This document shows, in pieces, positions 44,912-56,740 of a stretch of 64,000 nt of DNA (within the stretch, counting starts at the first letter, position 1; the number at the start of each line of letters is the position of its first letter). The notes beneath the pieces were generated by a model. That model did not search any database. It worked only from the letters and a program-made list of their open reading frames with translations, and was not told where the DNA came from. The translations under genes were made by a program, and so were the position numbers. Origin of the DNA: Myxococcota bacterium (GTDB lineage: Bacteria; Myxococcota; JAJVIH01); NCBI GenBank assembly GCA_022072125.1, contig JAJVIH010000021.1, positions 700 through 64,699 of the forward strand, given 5' to 3'.

Positions 44912-46390
44912 ATGCCAGACGGCGTATTCAATATCTTTGACGATCTGCTCCAGCGGGCGGTTGGCGCGGCCCAGAAGGCCGGCGCCTCCTACGCGGACGC
45001 CCGGTGGGGACGCTACCGCAAGCAATATGTCTCCTGCCTGGATGATCACCTGGATCACCTCGCGGACGACGAAAGCATGGGCATGGCGGTGCGCGTGCTG
45101 GTGGATGGCGAATGGGGGTTTTCCGCCAGCCTCGCGGCGACGCCGGCGGAGGCGGATCGACTGGCGGCTTCCGCGGTGGAGATGGCGAAAGCCAACGCCA
45201 AAATGCGCGGGGAGCCGGTGCAACTCGCTCCGATCAAACCCGTCGCCGCCTTCTGGCAGACCGCCATGAACGTGGATCCGCTGCTGCGCGTGCCGCTTCA
45301 GCGCAAGGTCAATGATTTGCTGGAGTTGAACAAGTCCGCGCTGGCGGTTAAGGGCGTCAGGCGGGCCGCCTCGTCCCTGAACCTGCAGAGCGAGGAAAAA
45401 TGGTTCTTCTCCAGTGAGGGCTCGCGGATTGAACAGTACCTGGTGCGCATCAATCCCAACTTCGTGGCGACCGCGACCGACGACAAGGGGGATTTTGAAT
45501 CCCGGTCGTCGGATATTCCGCCGCGCGGAGCCGGTTACGAGCACCTGGAGCAGTCCGGCTTCTTCGAGGAAGGCAAGAAAATCGGCGAGTTGGCGGTGGA
45601 AGGACTCAAGGCCAAACCGGTCACGCCCGGGCAATACGATCTGGTGATTCATCCCAATAATCTGTGGCTGACAATTCATGAATCAGTGGGGCACCCCACC
45701 GAACTGGACCGGGTTCTGGGATACGAAGCGGACTTCGCGGGAACCAGCTTCGCCACCACGGACAAACTGGGCAAATTCCAGTACGGCAGCCCCATGGTGA
45801 ATATCTACGCCGACCGCACCACGCCTGGGGGACTGGCCACCGTGGGATATGACGACGAAGGCGTTCCCGCGAAAAAATGGGATCTGATCCGGGGCGGCAG
45901 ACTGGTGGGGTATCAGACCACGCGCGAACAGGCGATCTGGCTGCGGCAGAAGGAATCCACTGGTTGCTCCTATGCGGATCACTGGTCGTCGTTGCAGTTC
46001 CAGCGCATGCCCAATATCTCGCTGGAGCCCGCGCGGACCGAAACCACGCCGGAAGACCTGATGAAGGACATCAAAAACGGCGTGTATATCGCCGGCCGGG
46101 GAAGCTGGAGCATTGACCAGCAACGCTACAATTTCCAGTTTGGATGCGGCAGCGCCTATGAAATCAAAAATGGCAAGCTGGGCGCGCCCCTGCGGTCGGT
46201 GATGTACCAGTCCAACAGCGTGGACTTCTGGAAGAATTGCGATGGCCTGACCGATGGCCGCTACTGGGAGATGGGCGGTACGTTTTATGACGGCAAGGGC
46301 CAGCCCGGACAGGTCAACGCGGTCAGTCATGGATGCAGCCATGGGCGTTTCCGCAAGGTCAATGTGCTCAATGCGCGGAGGGAAGGCTGA
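44912..46390 (+). CDS. tldD: TldD metalloprotease
   Basis: TIHESVGHPTELDR (HExxxH), YDDEGVP, QRMPNISL, IDQQRYNFQF, SHG. Confidence 0.93.
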   Translation: MPDGVFNIFDDLLQRAVGAAQKAGASYADARWGRYRKQYVSCLDDHLDHLADDESMGMAVRVLVDGEWGFSASLAATPAEADRLAASAVEMAKANAKMRGEPVQLAPIKPVAAFWQTAMNVDPLLRVPLQRKVNDLLELNKSALAVKGVRRAASSLNLQSEEKWFFSSEGSRIEQYLVRINPNFVATATDDKGDFESRSSDIPPRGAGYEHLEQSGFFEEGKKIGELAVEGLKAKPVTPGQYDLVIHPNNLWLTIHESVGHPTELDRVLGYEADFAGTSFATTDKLGKFQYGSPMVNIYADRTTPGGLATVGYDDEGVPAKKWDLIRGGRLVGYQTTREQAIWLRQKESTGCSYADHWSSLQFQRMPNISLEPARTETTPEDLMKDIKNGVYIAGRGSWSIDQQRYNFQFGCGSAYEIKNGKLGAPLRSVMYQSNSVDFWKNCDGLTDGRYWEMGGTFYDGKGQPGQVNAVSHGCSHGRFRKVNVLNARREG

Positions 46391-47712
46391 TGCTCGAGAT
46401 CGAACGGGTGCAGGCCATCACCGCCGGAATTTTCCGCGCCGCCACGGCGGATTCGGTGCGGATCTGGATCGAGGGCGGAACCCGCGCCTTCACGCGCTTC
46501 GCCAACAACGAAATCCACCAGACCGGCGAAGCCGTGGACCTGCGCATCGCCATCACCTGCGCTTTTGGTTCGCGCCACGCCACGGTCAAACTCAACGGCG
46601 CCGACCCGGCGATGATCGAGGCGAAGGTCCGGCTCTGCGAGGACCTCGCCCGCATGTTGCCGGAAGACCCGGAGTATGAAGGCGACCTCGGACAACAGAA
46701 GATCAAGAAAATTGACGCCTGGTTTGACGACACCGCGCGCATGACTCCGGCGGATCGCGTGGAAGGCGCCATCCAGATCGTCAACAAGGCGAAGGAATTC
46801 AAACTGTCCGCGGGCGGTCTCATTGAGAATCGCAATGAATTCACCGCGGTCGCCCACCGCGCCGGGCTGTTCGGCTACCACCGGCGCACCGAGTTGGAAC
46901 TGAACACCACCCTGCGCACGGCGGATGGCCAGGGCAGCGGATGGGCCCAGGACATCTCCACCCAGCGCGGCGACATCAACTTCGCGCTTCTGGGCTCCGC
47001 CGCCGCGGAAAAGGCCCGGGCTTCCGCGGGCGCGAAGGAATTGCCGCCCGGCGCCTATACCGTGGTGCTGGAGCCCGCGGCTGCGTCCACATTCCTGACC
47101 GGTTTGTCCTATGCGCTGGACGCCCGCGCCAACATGGAAGGACGGGGTCCGTTTTCAGCGGGCAAGGGCAAAACCCGGCAGGGTGAAAAACTGTTTTCCG
47201 GGAAACTGACGGTGCGGACCGCGCCGGATTCGCCCCTGTTGCTGGGGCGTCCGTTCGCGCCTTCGGGCATGCCGCAAACCCGCACCGACTGGGTGAAGGA
47301 GGGCGTGCTGTCCACGCTGTTTGTCTCGCGCTCATGGGCGAAAAAATCCGGCGCCGCGGCCACCTGCGAGCCGCGCGATCTGATCATGAGCGGCGGCGAA
47401 AGCACCCTCGATGAAATGATCGCCGGCGTGGACAAGGGATTGCTGGTCACCCGTTTCTGGTACACCAACCTGGTGGACCCGCGCACGGTCACCATGACCG
47501 GCCTGACCCGTGATGGTCTCTTCGCCATCGAGGGCGGCAAGGTCGTCCATCCGGTCAAGAACATGCGGTTCAACGAAAGCATGCTGAGGGTGTTCAAGGA
47601 CATGGACGCCCTGTCGGAACCTGTCCGCATGCCGGGTTGGGACGATATGCGCGCCGTTCCCGCCATCCGCGTCAAGGACTTCCGTTTCACCAGCACCAGC
47701 GACGCGGTATAA
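46390..47712 (+). CDS. tldE: TldE/PmbA partner subunit
   Basis: TRFANNEI.Q, YTVVLEP.A, LLVTRFWY, TGLTRDG, PVKNMRFNES. Confidence 0.9.
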   Translation: MLEIERVQAITAGIFRAATADSVRIWIEGGTRAFTRFANNEIHQTGEAVDLRIAITCAFGSRHATVKLNGADPAMIEAKVRLCEDLARMLPEDPEYEGDLGQQKIKKIDAWFDDTARMTPADRVEGAIQIVNKAKEFKLSAGGLIENRNEFTAVAHRAGLFGYHRRTELELNTTLRTADGQGSGWAQDISTQRGDINFALLGSAAAEKARASAGAKELPPGAYTVVLEPAAASTFLTGLSYALDARANMEGRGPFSAGKGKTRQGEKLFSGKLTVRTAPDSPLLLGRPFAPSGMPQTRTDWVKEGVLSTLFVSRSWAKKSGAAATCEPRDLIMSGGESTLDEMIAGVDKGLLVTRFWYTNLVDPRTVTMTGLTRDGLFAIEGGKVVHPVKNMRFNESMLRVFKDMDALSEPVRMPGWDDMRAVPAIRVKDFRFTSTSDAV

Positions 47713-47750
47713 TTCTCCGGCCAGCCAACCGGACCGGAGCAACCGCGGCC

Positions 47751-48356
47751 ATGTACAACCGGGATCATGATACGCCCGTCAGCCCCGCTTCCCTGTTGCA
47801 GGCGGAGATGGAGCCAGGGGAGCACTTGTTGTGGTGGGGCCAGCCGGATCCCAAACGGGCCTCGCGCAAGGGCTGGTGGCTCTGGCTGTTTTTCGCGCCG
47901 TGGACCCTGTTTTCCTTGTTCTGGGAAGGCGCCGCCATCTACGCCGTCACCCAGGCCGCGGAAACGGAGATGGGTTGGTTTGTCATCATCTTTCCTGTTT
48001 TTGGCGTTCCATTCGTGCTGACAGGTTTGTACATGCTGGCCACGCCCTGGCGCGCGTACCGCGAGGCGGAGCGCACCTGGCACGCCGTCACCAGCAAGCG
48101 GGTCATCACCCTGGTGGACGGCCGCGAGCGCAAAATCCTGTCGCTGGATCGCGGCGCCATCCGCAATATCCACCGCATCGAGCGTTCGCCCACCGATGGC
48201 GATATTCTTTTCGAGACCACGGATATGCCCGTGGTCGGCGGATTTCCGCCGGGGCTTGCGTTCGCCGCGAAGGGCGCCGCCAACGGATTCCTGGGCATCC
48301 GCGAACCGCGGCAAGTCGAGCGCCTGCTTCGCCGCGCCGAAACGCCGTCATCCTGA
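47751..48356 (+). CDS. Membrane protein with a bPH-like C-terminus
   Basis: GEHLLWWGQP, two TM helices, HAVTSKRVI. Confidence 0.65.
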   Translation: MYNRDHDTPVSPASLLQAEMEPGEHLLWWGQPDPKRASRKGWWLWLFFAPWTLFSLFWEGAAIYAVTQAAETEMGWFVIIFPVFGVPFVLTGLYMLATPWRAYREAERTWHAVTSKRVITLVDGRERKILSLDRGAIRNIHRIERSPTDGDILFETTDMPVVGGFPPGLAFAAKGAANGFLGIREPRQVERLLRRAETPSS

Positions 48357-48494
48357 AGCCGGATGATGCCGCCCATGCCGCGCCCCGCCGGAATCGGGTG
48401 AACATGCGGCATTCCGGCGCCGGAAGAGCCATCCGCCGATTTCCCCGTCCATCAACGAAGCCGTGCGATTCAGGTCTGGCGCGCCGCGTCCTGT

Positions 48495-48522
48495 TTGACA
48501 GCGGGCGGCGCTTACCTATAGT
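48495..48522 (+). promoter_or_regulatory. Sigma70 promoter for aspS
   Basis: TTGACA-N16-TATAGT about 50 bp upstream of the start. Confidence 0.7.
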
Positions 48523-48572
48523 CACGGCGCTTTTCGGTCCGCGAAAGGACCGGGAACCGGAGGAGTTTCATC

Positions 48573-50369
48573 GTGGGCGAATTTGTCAGCCAACTCAAGC
48601 GCACGCACAACTGCGGCGAATTGCGGAAGGAACACATCGGTCAGACGGTGGTTCTCATGGGGTGGGTGCAGAACCACCGCGACCATGGCAAGACCGTCAT
48701 GGTGGATTTGCGCGACCGGGGCGGCCTGACCCAACTTGTGTTCGATTACGCCATCAGCCCGGAAGCGCTGAAAACCGCCGAATCCATGCGATCCGAATTT
48801 GTCATCGCGGTGCAGGGCGAGGTGGCCAGCCGCGGCGAGGCGATCAACCCCAAACTCGCCACTGGCGAGATTGAAATCAAGGTGCGCAAGGCGGAGATTC
48901 TCAACCGGTCGGAACCGGTCCCCTTCGCCATCGAGGATGAAACCGGTGTCAATGAAACGTCGCGCCTGAAGCACCGCGTTCTGGATTTGCGCCGCTTCCC
49001 CATGCAACGCAACATCATGATGCGCCACCGCATCAGCAAGGTCATGCGCGACTATTGCGACGGCCTGGGTTTCCTTGAACTCGAAACCCCCATGCTGACC
49101 AAAAGCACTCCGGAAGGCGCCCGCGACTTCCTGGTTCCCTCGCGCATCCATCCGGGTGAGTTCTATGCGCTGCCCCAGTCGCCGCAACTCTTCAAGCAGT
49201 TGTTCATGGTCGCGGGTTATGACCGTTATTTCCAGATTGTCCGCTGCTTCCGCGACGAAGACCTGCGCGCCGACCGGCAGCCCGAATTCACCCAGTTCGA
49301 CATGGAGATGTCCTTCGCCAGCCAGGAGGATATTTTTCAGGTGGTGGAAGGGCTCATCCGCAACATCTGGAAGGTGGTGGAGGGCGTGGACCTGCCCGCG
49401 CGGTTTCCGCGCATGACCTGGCGGCAGGCCATGGATGATTACGGCATTGACAAGCCGGACACCCGTTTTGGCCTGCCGCTGCGCGAGGTGTCGGAAATCG
49501 TCGCCGACAGCGATTTCAAGGTCTTCCGCGAAGTGGTGAAGGGCGGCGGAATCGTGAAGGGGCTCAACGTCAAGGGCGGAGTGTCCATGTCGCGCAGCGA
49601 ACTGGATGAACTTTCCGCCTTCGCCCAGCAGTTGGGCGCCAAGGGAATGGCCTGGGTCAAGGTCAACCCCGATGGCTGGCAATCGCCCATCGCCAAATTC
49701 CTGTCGGATGGCGAAAAACAGAAGCTGGCGGAAAAGCTGGCGCTGGAGACCGGCGACCTGGCGATCTTCATCGCCGACCGGCATCACCTGGCCAACCAGG
49801 TGTTGGCGCAGATTCGCCTGCAACTGGGCCGCCAACTCAAGCTGATTGACGAATCCCGCTGGAATTTCCTGTGGGTGGTGGATTTTCCCCTGTTCGAGTG
49901 GGACGACGCCAACATGCGCATCAGCCCGGCGCACCATCCCTTCACCTCGCCAGTCATTGAAGACGCCGGTTTTCTGGAGACCAATCCGCTCCAGGTGCGC
50001 GCGCAGAGTTACGACCTGGTGCTGAATGGCAACGAACTGGGGTCGGGCAGCGTGCGCATCCACAATTCGGAATTGCAGTCGAAGATTTTCGACCTGCTGG
50101 GCATCGGCGAGGAGCAACAGCGCGTGAAATTCGGTTTCCTGCTGGACGCCTTCCGCTTCGGCGCGCCGCCCCACGCGGGCATCGCCCTGGGGTTGGACCG
50201 CATCACCATGTTGTTGGCCCGCGCCACCTCCCTGCGCGATGTCATCGCGTTCCCGAAAACCGCCCGCGGCCAGTGTCTGCTCACCAGCGCCCCCAGCCTG
50301 GTGGATGATGACCAACTCAAGGAGTTGGGGCTGCGCATCGCCCACACAGCCAAACCGCAGGCTGTGTGA
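48573..50369 (+). CDS. aspS: Aspartate-tRNA ligase
   Basis: RTHNCGEL, STPEGARDFLVPSR, LPQSPQLFKQL, CFRDEDLRADRQPEFTQ, GAPPHAGIALGLDR. Confidence 0.98.
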   Translation: MGEFVSQLKRTHNCGELRKEHIGQTVVLMGWVQNHRDHGKTVMVDLRDRGGLTQLVFDYAISPEALKTAESMRSEFVIAVQGEVASRGEAINPKLATGEIEIKVRKAEILNRSEPVPFAIEDETGVNETSRLKHRVLDLRRFPMQRNIMMRHRISKVMRDYCDGLGFLELETPMLTKSTPEGARDFLVPSRIHPGEFYALPQSPQLFKQLFMVAGYDRYFQIVRCFRDEDLRADRQPEFTQFDMEMSFASQEDIFQVVEGLIRNIWKVVEGVDLPARFPRMTWRQAMDDYGIDKPDTRFGLPLREVSEIVADSDFKVFREVVKGGGIVKGLNVKGGVSMSRSELDELSAFAQQLGAKGMAWVKVNPDGWQSPIAKFLSDGEKQKLAEKLALETGDLAIFIADRHHLANQVLAQIRLQLGRQLKLIDESRWNFLWVVDFPLFEWDDANMRISPAHHPFTSPVIEDAGFLETNPLQVRAQSYDLVLNGNELGSGSVRIHNSELQSKIFDLLGIGEEQQRVKFGFLLDAFRFGAPPHAGIALGLDRITMLLARATSLRDVIAFPKTARGQCLLTSAPSLVDDDQLKELGLRIAHTAKPQAV

Positions 50370-50432
50370 CGCCCTGACGCATACGGATTTCCGGCTTTCC
50401 TCGCGCTGATTCAGGGGCGGGTTTCGTCCGCT

Positions 50433-50966
50433 TCACGGGCTTCGTTCCAGGGGGACGCCAAACAGCGCTTCGATGGTTTTCCAGTAGGCCGCTGCTCCGG
50501 GAGAACCTTCGGCTGGGGCCCACGGGGCGAAATCCTTGTCAGAGGCGGGCTGATAGGGACCCGTCTTCGCCTCGAAGATCACCGTGTCCGGCGCCAGCGC
50601 CACGAAGGTGTGGAATACGCCCGGACGGATATCCACCCCGAATACCGCTCCGCCGGGCTCCAGCAGGGCATGCTCCGTGGGCGTTCCGTTTTCATCGAAA
50701 AACACCACGCCGGTTTTGCCGCGCACGCACAGGATGACCTCGCTTTTCGGCGGGTCCAGGTGCTTGTGCGGGCGGACATAGGTGCCCGGCTGCATGGCGT
50801 TGAACATGCGGTGGGTGGGGTCCCCGGCGCCGTCGTGCAGAGGCAGGATAATGCGTCCGCGCGGGCTGGCGCGGGACATTTCGATGGCGTGGGTCAATGT
50901 ATCATTCCGGAGCAGGGCGTAGGGACCTTCCGGACGGGGAAGCGCGCGTGGAAATTCGCCAGCCAT
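50433..50966 (-). CDS. WbuC-family cupin metalloprotein
   Basis: RMFNAMQPGTYVRPHKH, EAKTGPY, WAPAEG. Confidence 0.85.
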   Translation of the reverse strand: MAGEFPRALPRPEGPYALLRNDTLTHAIEMSRASPRGRIILPLHDGAGDPTHRMFNAMQPGTYVRPHKHLDPPKSEVILCVRGKTGVVFFDENGTPTEHALLEPGGAVFGVDIRPGVFHTFVALAPDTVIFEAKTGPYQPASDKDFAPWAPAEGSPGAAAYWKTIEALFGVPLERSP

Positions 50967-51054
50967 GGCAGTCGGTATTACAGTTGAAGGAATTGAAGGC
51001 TGAGGTTAGGATTATCAATCAGGCCCGTGGCTTATTTTGTGAAGGAGACCATGA

Positions 51055-52557
51055 ATGGCCGAATTCTTCAAGAACTATGTTGCTGGTGAATTTCATTCCC
51101 CGCCGGGGGCGGAGAGATTTTTTTCGGTCAATCCGGCGAGAACATCCGATGTTCTTGGCGAGTTCGCCATCACGCCCGCGGAAGAGGTGTCGCGCGCGGT
51201 GGAAGCGGCCCGCCAGGCCTTTCCGGCGTGGAAGGCGGTCTCGCGCCCGCTTCGCGCGGAAGTGATTGATCGCTTTGTCCAGCTTTGCAAGAAGAACCAG
51301 GAAGAACTCGCCAAACTTGTCACCCGGGAATGCGGCAAGCCCGAGGGGATGGCGGATGTCATCGAAGGCATCCACATGAGCCAGGTGGCCGCGGCCTTTG
51401 GCCGTTTGCCCTACGGCGAGGTCATCGGCAGTGAAATCGCCAGCAAGGACGCCTTCCTGCTGCGCCGCCCGGTGGGGGTGATCGCCGCCATCAGCCCCTG
51501 GAATTTTCCTTTCGCCATTCCGCTCTGGCTATTCCAGATCGCCATGGTGGAAGGCAACACCATTGTCTTCAAACCATCCGAAGACACCCCCCTCTGCGGC
51601 CAGCGTATCGCCGGGATGCTGCATGAGGCGGGCGTTCCGCCCGGTGTTTTCAATCTGGTTCATGGAGACGGCGCCACTGGAAAGGCGCTGGTCGAACACG
51701 AAGATATCAACGCCGTCTGCTTCACCGGCAGTTATGAAGTGGGGCGGCTCATCCGCATGCATTGCGCGGCCCATCCGCACAAGCGCGCCGCCACGGAATG
51801 CGGCGGAAAATCCGGATTGATCATCACCAAACACGCCAACCTGGAACTGGCGGTCAACGCCGCCGTGCTGGGATGCTTCCGCACGGCGGGGCAGCGTTGT
51901 GTTTCGACCTCGCGCCTGATTGTGGACGAGTCCATTCTGCCCAAATTCGTTCCGGCGTTCATCGAGCGGACGAAGCAGATTCGTATCGGCGACGCCTTGC
52001 GCGATCCCAATGTATTCTGCGGCCCGCAGATCAACCGGGAAGCGGTGGAGAAGGTCGAGCGTTACAACCAGATGGTCCGCGATTCGGGGCGCAAGGTGCT
52101 ATTGAATGGCGGTCCATCCGCCGCGCCGGAACACCGGGAAGGGCATTTTATGTCGCCCTTTGTGTACCAGATGGATCAATACGACTCCTCTTTCCGTCCG
52201 CTGCAGGAGGAGATTTTTGGCATGAACGCGGGGATCATTCCCTATCCGGAAGGTGATTTTGAAGAAGCCCTGCGTATCCACAATGACACGGAATACGGGC
52301 TCGCCGGCGCCATCATTACCGATGACATGCGCGAGGCCAGGGAGTTCAAGGAGCGCGCCGAGGTGGGGTTGATGTATATCAACCTGCCAACCATCGGCGC
52401 CGAGGTTCATCTGCCCTTTGGCGGTCTCAAGCGCAGCGGCAACGGACATCCGTCCGCCATCACCCTGCGGGAGTTCGTGACCGACAAGGTGGCGTTGACC
52501 CATAATTTTTCATCCAGCATCCAGTTGGCCCAGGGGCTGTCGGCGAAGGTGCAATGA
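51055..52557 (+). CDS. Aldehyde dehydrogenase
   Basis: ISPWNFP, FKPSEDTP, FTGSYEVG, GQRCVS, EEIFG. Confidence 0.92.
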   Translation: MAEFFKNYVAGEFHSPPGAERFFSVNPARTSDVLGEFAITPAEEVSRAVEAARQAFPAWKAVSRPLRAEVIDRFVQLCKKNQEELAKLVTRECGKPEGMADVIEGIHMSQVAAAFGRLPYGEVIGSEIASKDAFLLRRPVGVIAAISPWNFPFAIPLWLFQIAMVEGNTIVFKPSEDTPLCGQRIAGMLHEAGVPPGVFNLVHGDGATGKALVEHEDINAVCFTGSYEVGRLIRMHCAAHPHKRAATECGGKSGLIITKHANLELAVNAAVLGCFRTAGQRCVSTSRLIVDESILPKFVPAFIERTKQIRIGDALRDPNVFCGPQINREAVEKVERYNQMVRDSGRKVLLNGGPSAAPEHREGHFMSPFVYQMDQYDSSFRPLQEEIFGMNAGIIPYPEGDFEEALRIHNDTEYGLAGAIITDDMREAREFKERAEVGLMYINLPTIGAEVHLPFGGLKRSGNGHPSAITLREFVTDKVALTHNFSSSIQLAQGLSAKVQ

Positions 52558-53447
52558 CCTCGAATTTCAAACCCACACCGCGATCCGTCGCCGGACCTTC
52601 CAGTCCGTCCATCCCGATCCACAAGAAGATCACCTTCATTGGTTCTGGAAACATGGCGGAGGCGTTGATCCGCGGTCTGATCGAGGTGGCCGGAACGCCG
52701 CCCGAAAATGTCATTTGCACCGACACGCGGGAAGATCGCCTGGAAGTCCTGCGCATGCGGTATGGCGTGCGAACCTCCACCGCCAATACCGCCCCCCTGC
52801 AGGTGTCGGATATCCTGGTGCTGGCGGTGAAGCCACAGGTCATGTACGAGGTGCTGGAGGAAATCCGTCCCATGGTGCTGCCCAAGCATCTGGTGATTTC
52901 CATCGCCGCCGGCATCCCCATTCACGCCATTGAAAGCGCCCTGGGAGGCGCCCAGCGGATTATCCGCGTGATGCCCAATACCCCGGCGCTGGTGGGCGCG
53001 GGGGCCACCGCCATCGCCCCGGGACGTTTCGTCGCCGAAGGGGATGTCGCCCTCGCCCGCGAATTGTTCAATTCGGTGGGCAAGGTGGTCCGGGTGGATG
53101 AGGAAGCCCTCGACGCGGTGACAGGCCTGAGCGGATCGGGACCCGCCTATGTCTTCATGATCATTGACGCCCTGGCTGACGCGGGGGTCAAGGTTGGCCT
53201 TTCCCGCGATATCGCCCTGCTGCTGGCGGCGCAGACGGTGATGGGCAGCGCCCAGTTGTTGCTGGAGACCGGGGAGCATCCGGGACGGCTCAAGGATATG
53301 GTCACCTCTCCCGGCGGCACCGCTATCGCCGGATTGCATACCCTGGAACAGGGCGGTCTTCGCACCACGTTGATTAACGCGGTGGAAAAGGCGGCCCAGC
53401 GTTCCGCGGAGTTGGGCAGCATGTATGATGTTGTCGAAGGCGGGTAG
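52554..53447 (+). CDS. proC: Pyrroline-5-carboxylate reductase
   Basis: FIGSGNMA, LAVKPQ, RVMPNTP, SGSGPAY, VTSPGGT. Confidence 0.96.
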   Translation: MTSNFKPTPRSVAGPSSPSIPIHKKITFIGSGNMAEALIRGLIEVAGTPPENVICTDTREDRLEVLRMRYGVRTSTANTAPLQVSDILVLAVKPQVMYEVLEEIRPMVLPKHLVISIAAGIPIHAIESALGGAQRIIRVMPNTPALVGAGATAIAPGRFVAEGDVALARELFNSVGKVVRVDEEALDAVTGLSGSGPAYVFMIIDALADAGVKVGLSRDIALLLAAQTVMGSAQLLLETGEHPGRLKDMVTSPGGTAIAGLHTLEQGGLRTTLINAVEKAAQRSAELGSMYDVVEGG

Positions 53448-53712
53448 CCTTCACCGGCGTATTTCCACCTGCTTTTGATCTCCATTGCCGGACCACTGCT
53501 TTCCGCCGCGATTTTCCGGCCCGGATGGCCAAAGACCCCGTTTTACAACGAAGCGGGGTCCGCAGTTCGTGGTGTGAAATGGCGGGGACAACGGAGATAA
53601 TGAAGTCTTTTCAGTCCAGGCGGCGTGCGACCGTGAGTTTTCTGGCGCCCGCTGGTTGACAAAACGCCCTTGTAAGTCCAAAATAACGCCCCGCGTTATT
53701 CAGGGAGGCCAG

Positions 53713-55326
53713 ATGTCCGCCACAAATTCCCTCAGCCGGTTGAAAATCCTTGGGCATATGACCCCGGAATTCCAGGAAATCCTGACTCCGGAGGCGCTCG
53801 AACTCGTGATCCAGGTGGTGGACCGGAGCCGGGATCGGGTGGGGCAGTTGCTGGAAGCCCGCAAGGCCAATCAGGCCCGGATTGACGCGGGGGAGAAGCC
53901 GGATTTCCTGCCGGAAACAAAGGATATCCGCTCCGGCGACTGGACGGTCGCGCCGCTCCCCGCGGATTTGCAGGATCGCCGGGTCGAGATCACCGGTCCG
54001 GTGGACCGCAAGATGGTCATCAACGCCCTGAACTCGGGCGCCAATGTCTTCATGGCCGATTTTGAAGACTCCAACGCCCCGACGTGGAGCAACAATATCC
54101 AGGGGCAAATCAACTTGCGCGACGCGGTCCGCCGGACCATTTCCTGGCAAGACCCTTCGACCGGGAAGCAATACCAACTCAATGACAAAACCGCTGTGCT
54201 GCTGGTGCGCCCGCGCGGCTGGCATCTGCTGGAAAAACATGTCCGGCTCGACGGCAAGCCCATTCCCGGCGGACTCTTCGACCTGACGCTGTATTGCTTC
54301 CACAACGCCCGGGAGTTGTTGGCGCGCGGCTCGGGCCCGTATTTCTACCTGCCCAAGATGCAGCACCATCTCGAGGCCCGTCTGTGGAATGATGTATTCC
54401 TGCAGGTGCAGGAGGCGCTGGGTCTTCCGCGCGGAACCATCAAGGCGACCGTGCTGATTGAGACGCTTCCCGCCGCCTTTCAGATGGATGAAATTCTCCA
54501 CGAACTGCGGGAGCATTCCGCCGGTCTGAACTGCGGCCGCTGGGATTATATTTTCAGTTACATCAAGACCTTCCGGAACGACCCCACGCGCGTGCTGCCC
54601 GACCGCGTGCAGGTGACCATGACGCAGCCGTTCATGCGGGCCTATACGCAACTGGTCATCAAGACCTGCCACAGGCGGAATGTCCATGCCATGGGCGGCA
54701 TGTCGGCGTTCATCCCGGTCAAGACGGATCCGGCGGCCAATGAGAAGGCGCTGGAGCAGGTGCGCGCGGACAAGCTGCGCGAGGTCACTGACGGCCACGA
54801 CGGCACCTGGGTGGCCCATCCGGGGCTTGTGCCGGTGGCAAGGGAAATCTTCGACCAGCACATGAAGGGCTCGAACCAGATCCATCGCAAACGCGAGGAT
54901 GTGAATGTCACCGCCGCCGATCTGATCGCGGTTCCCACGGGAACCCGCACCGTGGAAGGTCTGCGCCACAACATCCGTGTGGGCGTGCAGTATATCGAAG
55001 CCTGGTTGCGCGGGGTGGGGTGCGTTCCTCTCTACAATCTGATGGAGGACGCCGCCACCGCCGAGATTTCCCGCACCCAAGTCTGGCAGTGGGTTCGCCA
55101 TATGGCCGTGCTGGATGACGGCCAGGCGATCACCCGCGAGCGTTTCCAGACCATCATGCGCGAGGAAATGGAGCGGGTGCGCAAGGAAATCGGCGACGCG
55201 AAGTTTTCCGGGGGCCGTTTCCCGGAAGCCATCCAGATGTTCGAGGAGTTGTCCTTCGCGGAGAACTATTCGGATTTCCTCACATTGCCCGCCTATGATC
55301 GCATCGTGGAGCCTGCGGCCGCGTGA
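53713..55326 (+). CDS. aceB: Malate synthase A
   Basis: [40 protein letters not shown]. Confidence 0.97.
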   Translation: MSATNSLSRLKILGHMTPEFQEILTPEALELVIQVVDRSRDRVGQLLEARKANQARIDAGEKPDFLPETKDIRSGDWTVAPLPADLQDRRVEITGPVDRKMVINALNSGANVFMADFEDSNAPTWSNNIQGQINLRDAVRRTISWQDPSTGKQYQLNDKTAVLLVRPRGWHLLEKHVRLDGKPIPGGLFDLTLYCFHNARELLARGSGPYFYLPKMQHHLEARLWNDVFLQVQEALGLPRGTIKATVLIETLPAAFQMDEILHELREHSAGLNCGRWDYIFSYIKTFRNDPTRVLPDRVQVTMTQPFMRAYTQLVIKTCHRRNVHAMGGMSAFIPVKTDPAANEKALEQVRADKLREVTDGHDGTWVAHPGLVPVAREIFDQHMKGSNQIHRKREDVNVTAADLIAVPTGTRTVEGLRHNIRVGVQYIEAWLRGVGCVPLYNLMEDAATAEISRTQVWQWVRHMAVLDDGQAITRERFQTIMREEMERVRKEIGDAKFSGGRFPEAIQMFEELSFAENYSDFLTLPAYDRIVEPAAA

Positions 55327-55393
55327 CAGCGGTCACCGCCAATTGTCCAGCCGTCAGTTAACCATTGCTATAACAACGAGAAGGAGCAGCCTG

Positions 55394-56677
55394 ATGTCGC
55401 AGCAGTTCAAGGGGAGTAAAGCAGACGAATCCATTCATTCGCCGGAGGTGCGCTGGAAGGGCGTGGTTCGTCCTTACAAGCCCGAGGATGTCAAACGGCT
55501 GGCTGGCACGCTGCCGGTCGAACATTCCTGGGCGCGCGCCGGCGCCCGCCGTTTGTGGGAACTGCTGCACACGGAGGATTTCGTGGCCGCCCTGGGCGCC
55601 CTGACCGGCAACCAGGCCGTCCAGCAGGTCAAGGCCGGCCTGAAGGCGATTTACCTCAGCGGCTGGCAAGTGGCCGCCGACGCCAACCTGTCCGGCCATA
55701 TGTATCCGGACCAGAGCCTGTATCCGGCCAACTCGGTGCCCCACGTGGTCCGCCGCATCAACCAGGCCCTGCAGCGCGCGGATCAGATTTCGCACAGCGA
55801 GGGCGATGACAGCGTCTATTGGTACGCCCCCATCGTCGCCGACGCCGAGGCCGGATTTGGCGGTCCGCTCAACGCCTTTGAATTGATGAAGGGCATGATT
55901 GAGTCGGGCGCCGCGGCGGTGCATTTCGAGGACCAACTCTCCTCGGAGAAGAAATGCGGACACCTGGGCGGCAAGGTGCTGGTTCCCACCCAGGCCGCCA
56001 TCCGCAACCTGATCGCCGCCCGTCTGGCGGCGGATGTATGCAACACGCCCACCATCATCGTGGCCCGCACGGACGCCAACGGCGCCCAGTTGCTGACCAG
56101 CGACGTGGACGAACGTGATCGTCCGTTCTGCACGGGCGAGCGCACGATGGAAGGCTTCTACCGGGTGCGCGCGGGCATTGATCAGGCGATCGCCCGCGGC
56201 CTGGCCTATGCGCCCTACGCCGACCTGATCTGGTGCGAGACCTCACACCCGGATATTGACGAGGCCCGCAAATTCGCGGAAGGCGTCCACGCGAAATATC
56301 CGGGCAAACTGCTCGCTTACAACTGCTCGCCCTCGTTCAACTGGAAAAAGCATATGGACGAGAAGAAGATGAAGGCCTTCCAGTCCGAACTGGCGAAAAT
56401 GGGATACAAATTCCAGTTCGTCACCCTGGCCGGATTCCACGCCCTCAACTACAGCATGTTCGAGTTGGCCCGCGCCTACCGGGACGACGGCATGCTTGCC
56501 TACTCCCGCCTGCAGGAAGAGGAGTTCTCGGCGGAGAAGTTCGGCTACACCGCCGTCAAGCACCAGCGCGAGGTCGGCACGGGCTATTTCGACGAGGTGT
56601 CCATGGTCATTACCGGCGGCGCTTCATCCACGCTGGCCTACGGCGGATCGACCGAAGCCGAGCAGTTCAAACACTGA
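55394..56677 (+). CDS. aceA: Isocitrate lyase
   Basis: [49 protein letters not shown]. Confidence 0.98.
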   Translation: MSQQFKGSKADESIHSPEVRWKGVVRPYKPEDVKRLAGTLPVEHSWARAGARRLWELLHTEDFVAALGALTGNQAVQQVKAGLKAIYLSGWQVAADANLSGHMYPDQSLYPANSVPHVVRRINQALQRADQISHSEGDDSVYWYAPIVADAEAGFGGPLNAFELMKGMIESGAAAVHFEDQLSSEKKCGHLGGKVLVPTQAAIRNLIAARLAADVCNTPTIIVARTDANGAQLLTSDVDERDRPFCTGERTMEGFYRVRAGIDQAIARGLAYAPYADLIWCETSHPDIDEARKFAEGVHAKYPGKLLAYNCSPSFNWKKHMDEKKMKAFQSELAKMGYKFQFVTLAGFHALNYSMFELARAYRDDGMLAYSRLQEEEFSAEKFGYTAVKHQREVGTGYFDEVSMVITGGASSTLAYGGSTEAEQFKH

Positions 56678-56706
56678 TTCCGGGCGCCCGGCGCCCTGGA
56701 GGGGAA

Positions 56707-56740
56707 GGGGACGGCCCCAGGGCCGTCCCCGTTATTTTTT
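56707..56740 (+). terminator. Rho-independent terminator after aceA
   Basis: GGGGACGGCC-ccag-GGCCGTCCCC then GTTATTTTTT. Confidence 0.85.
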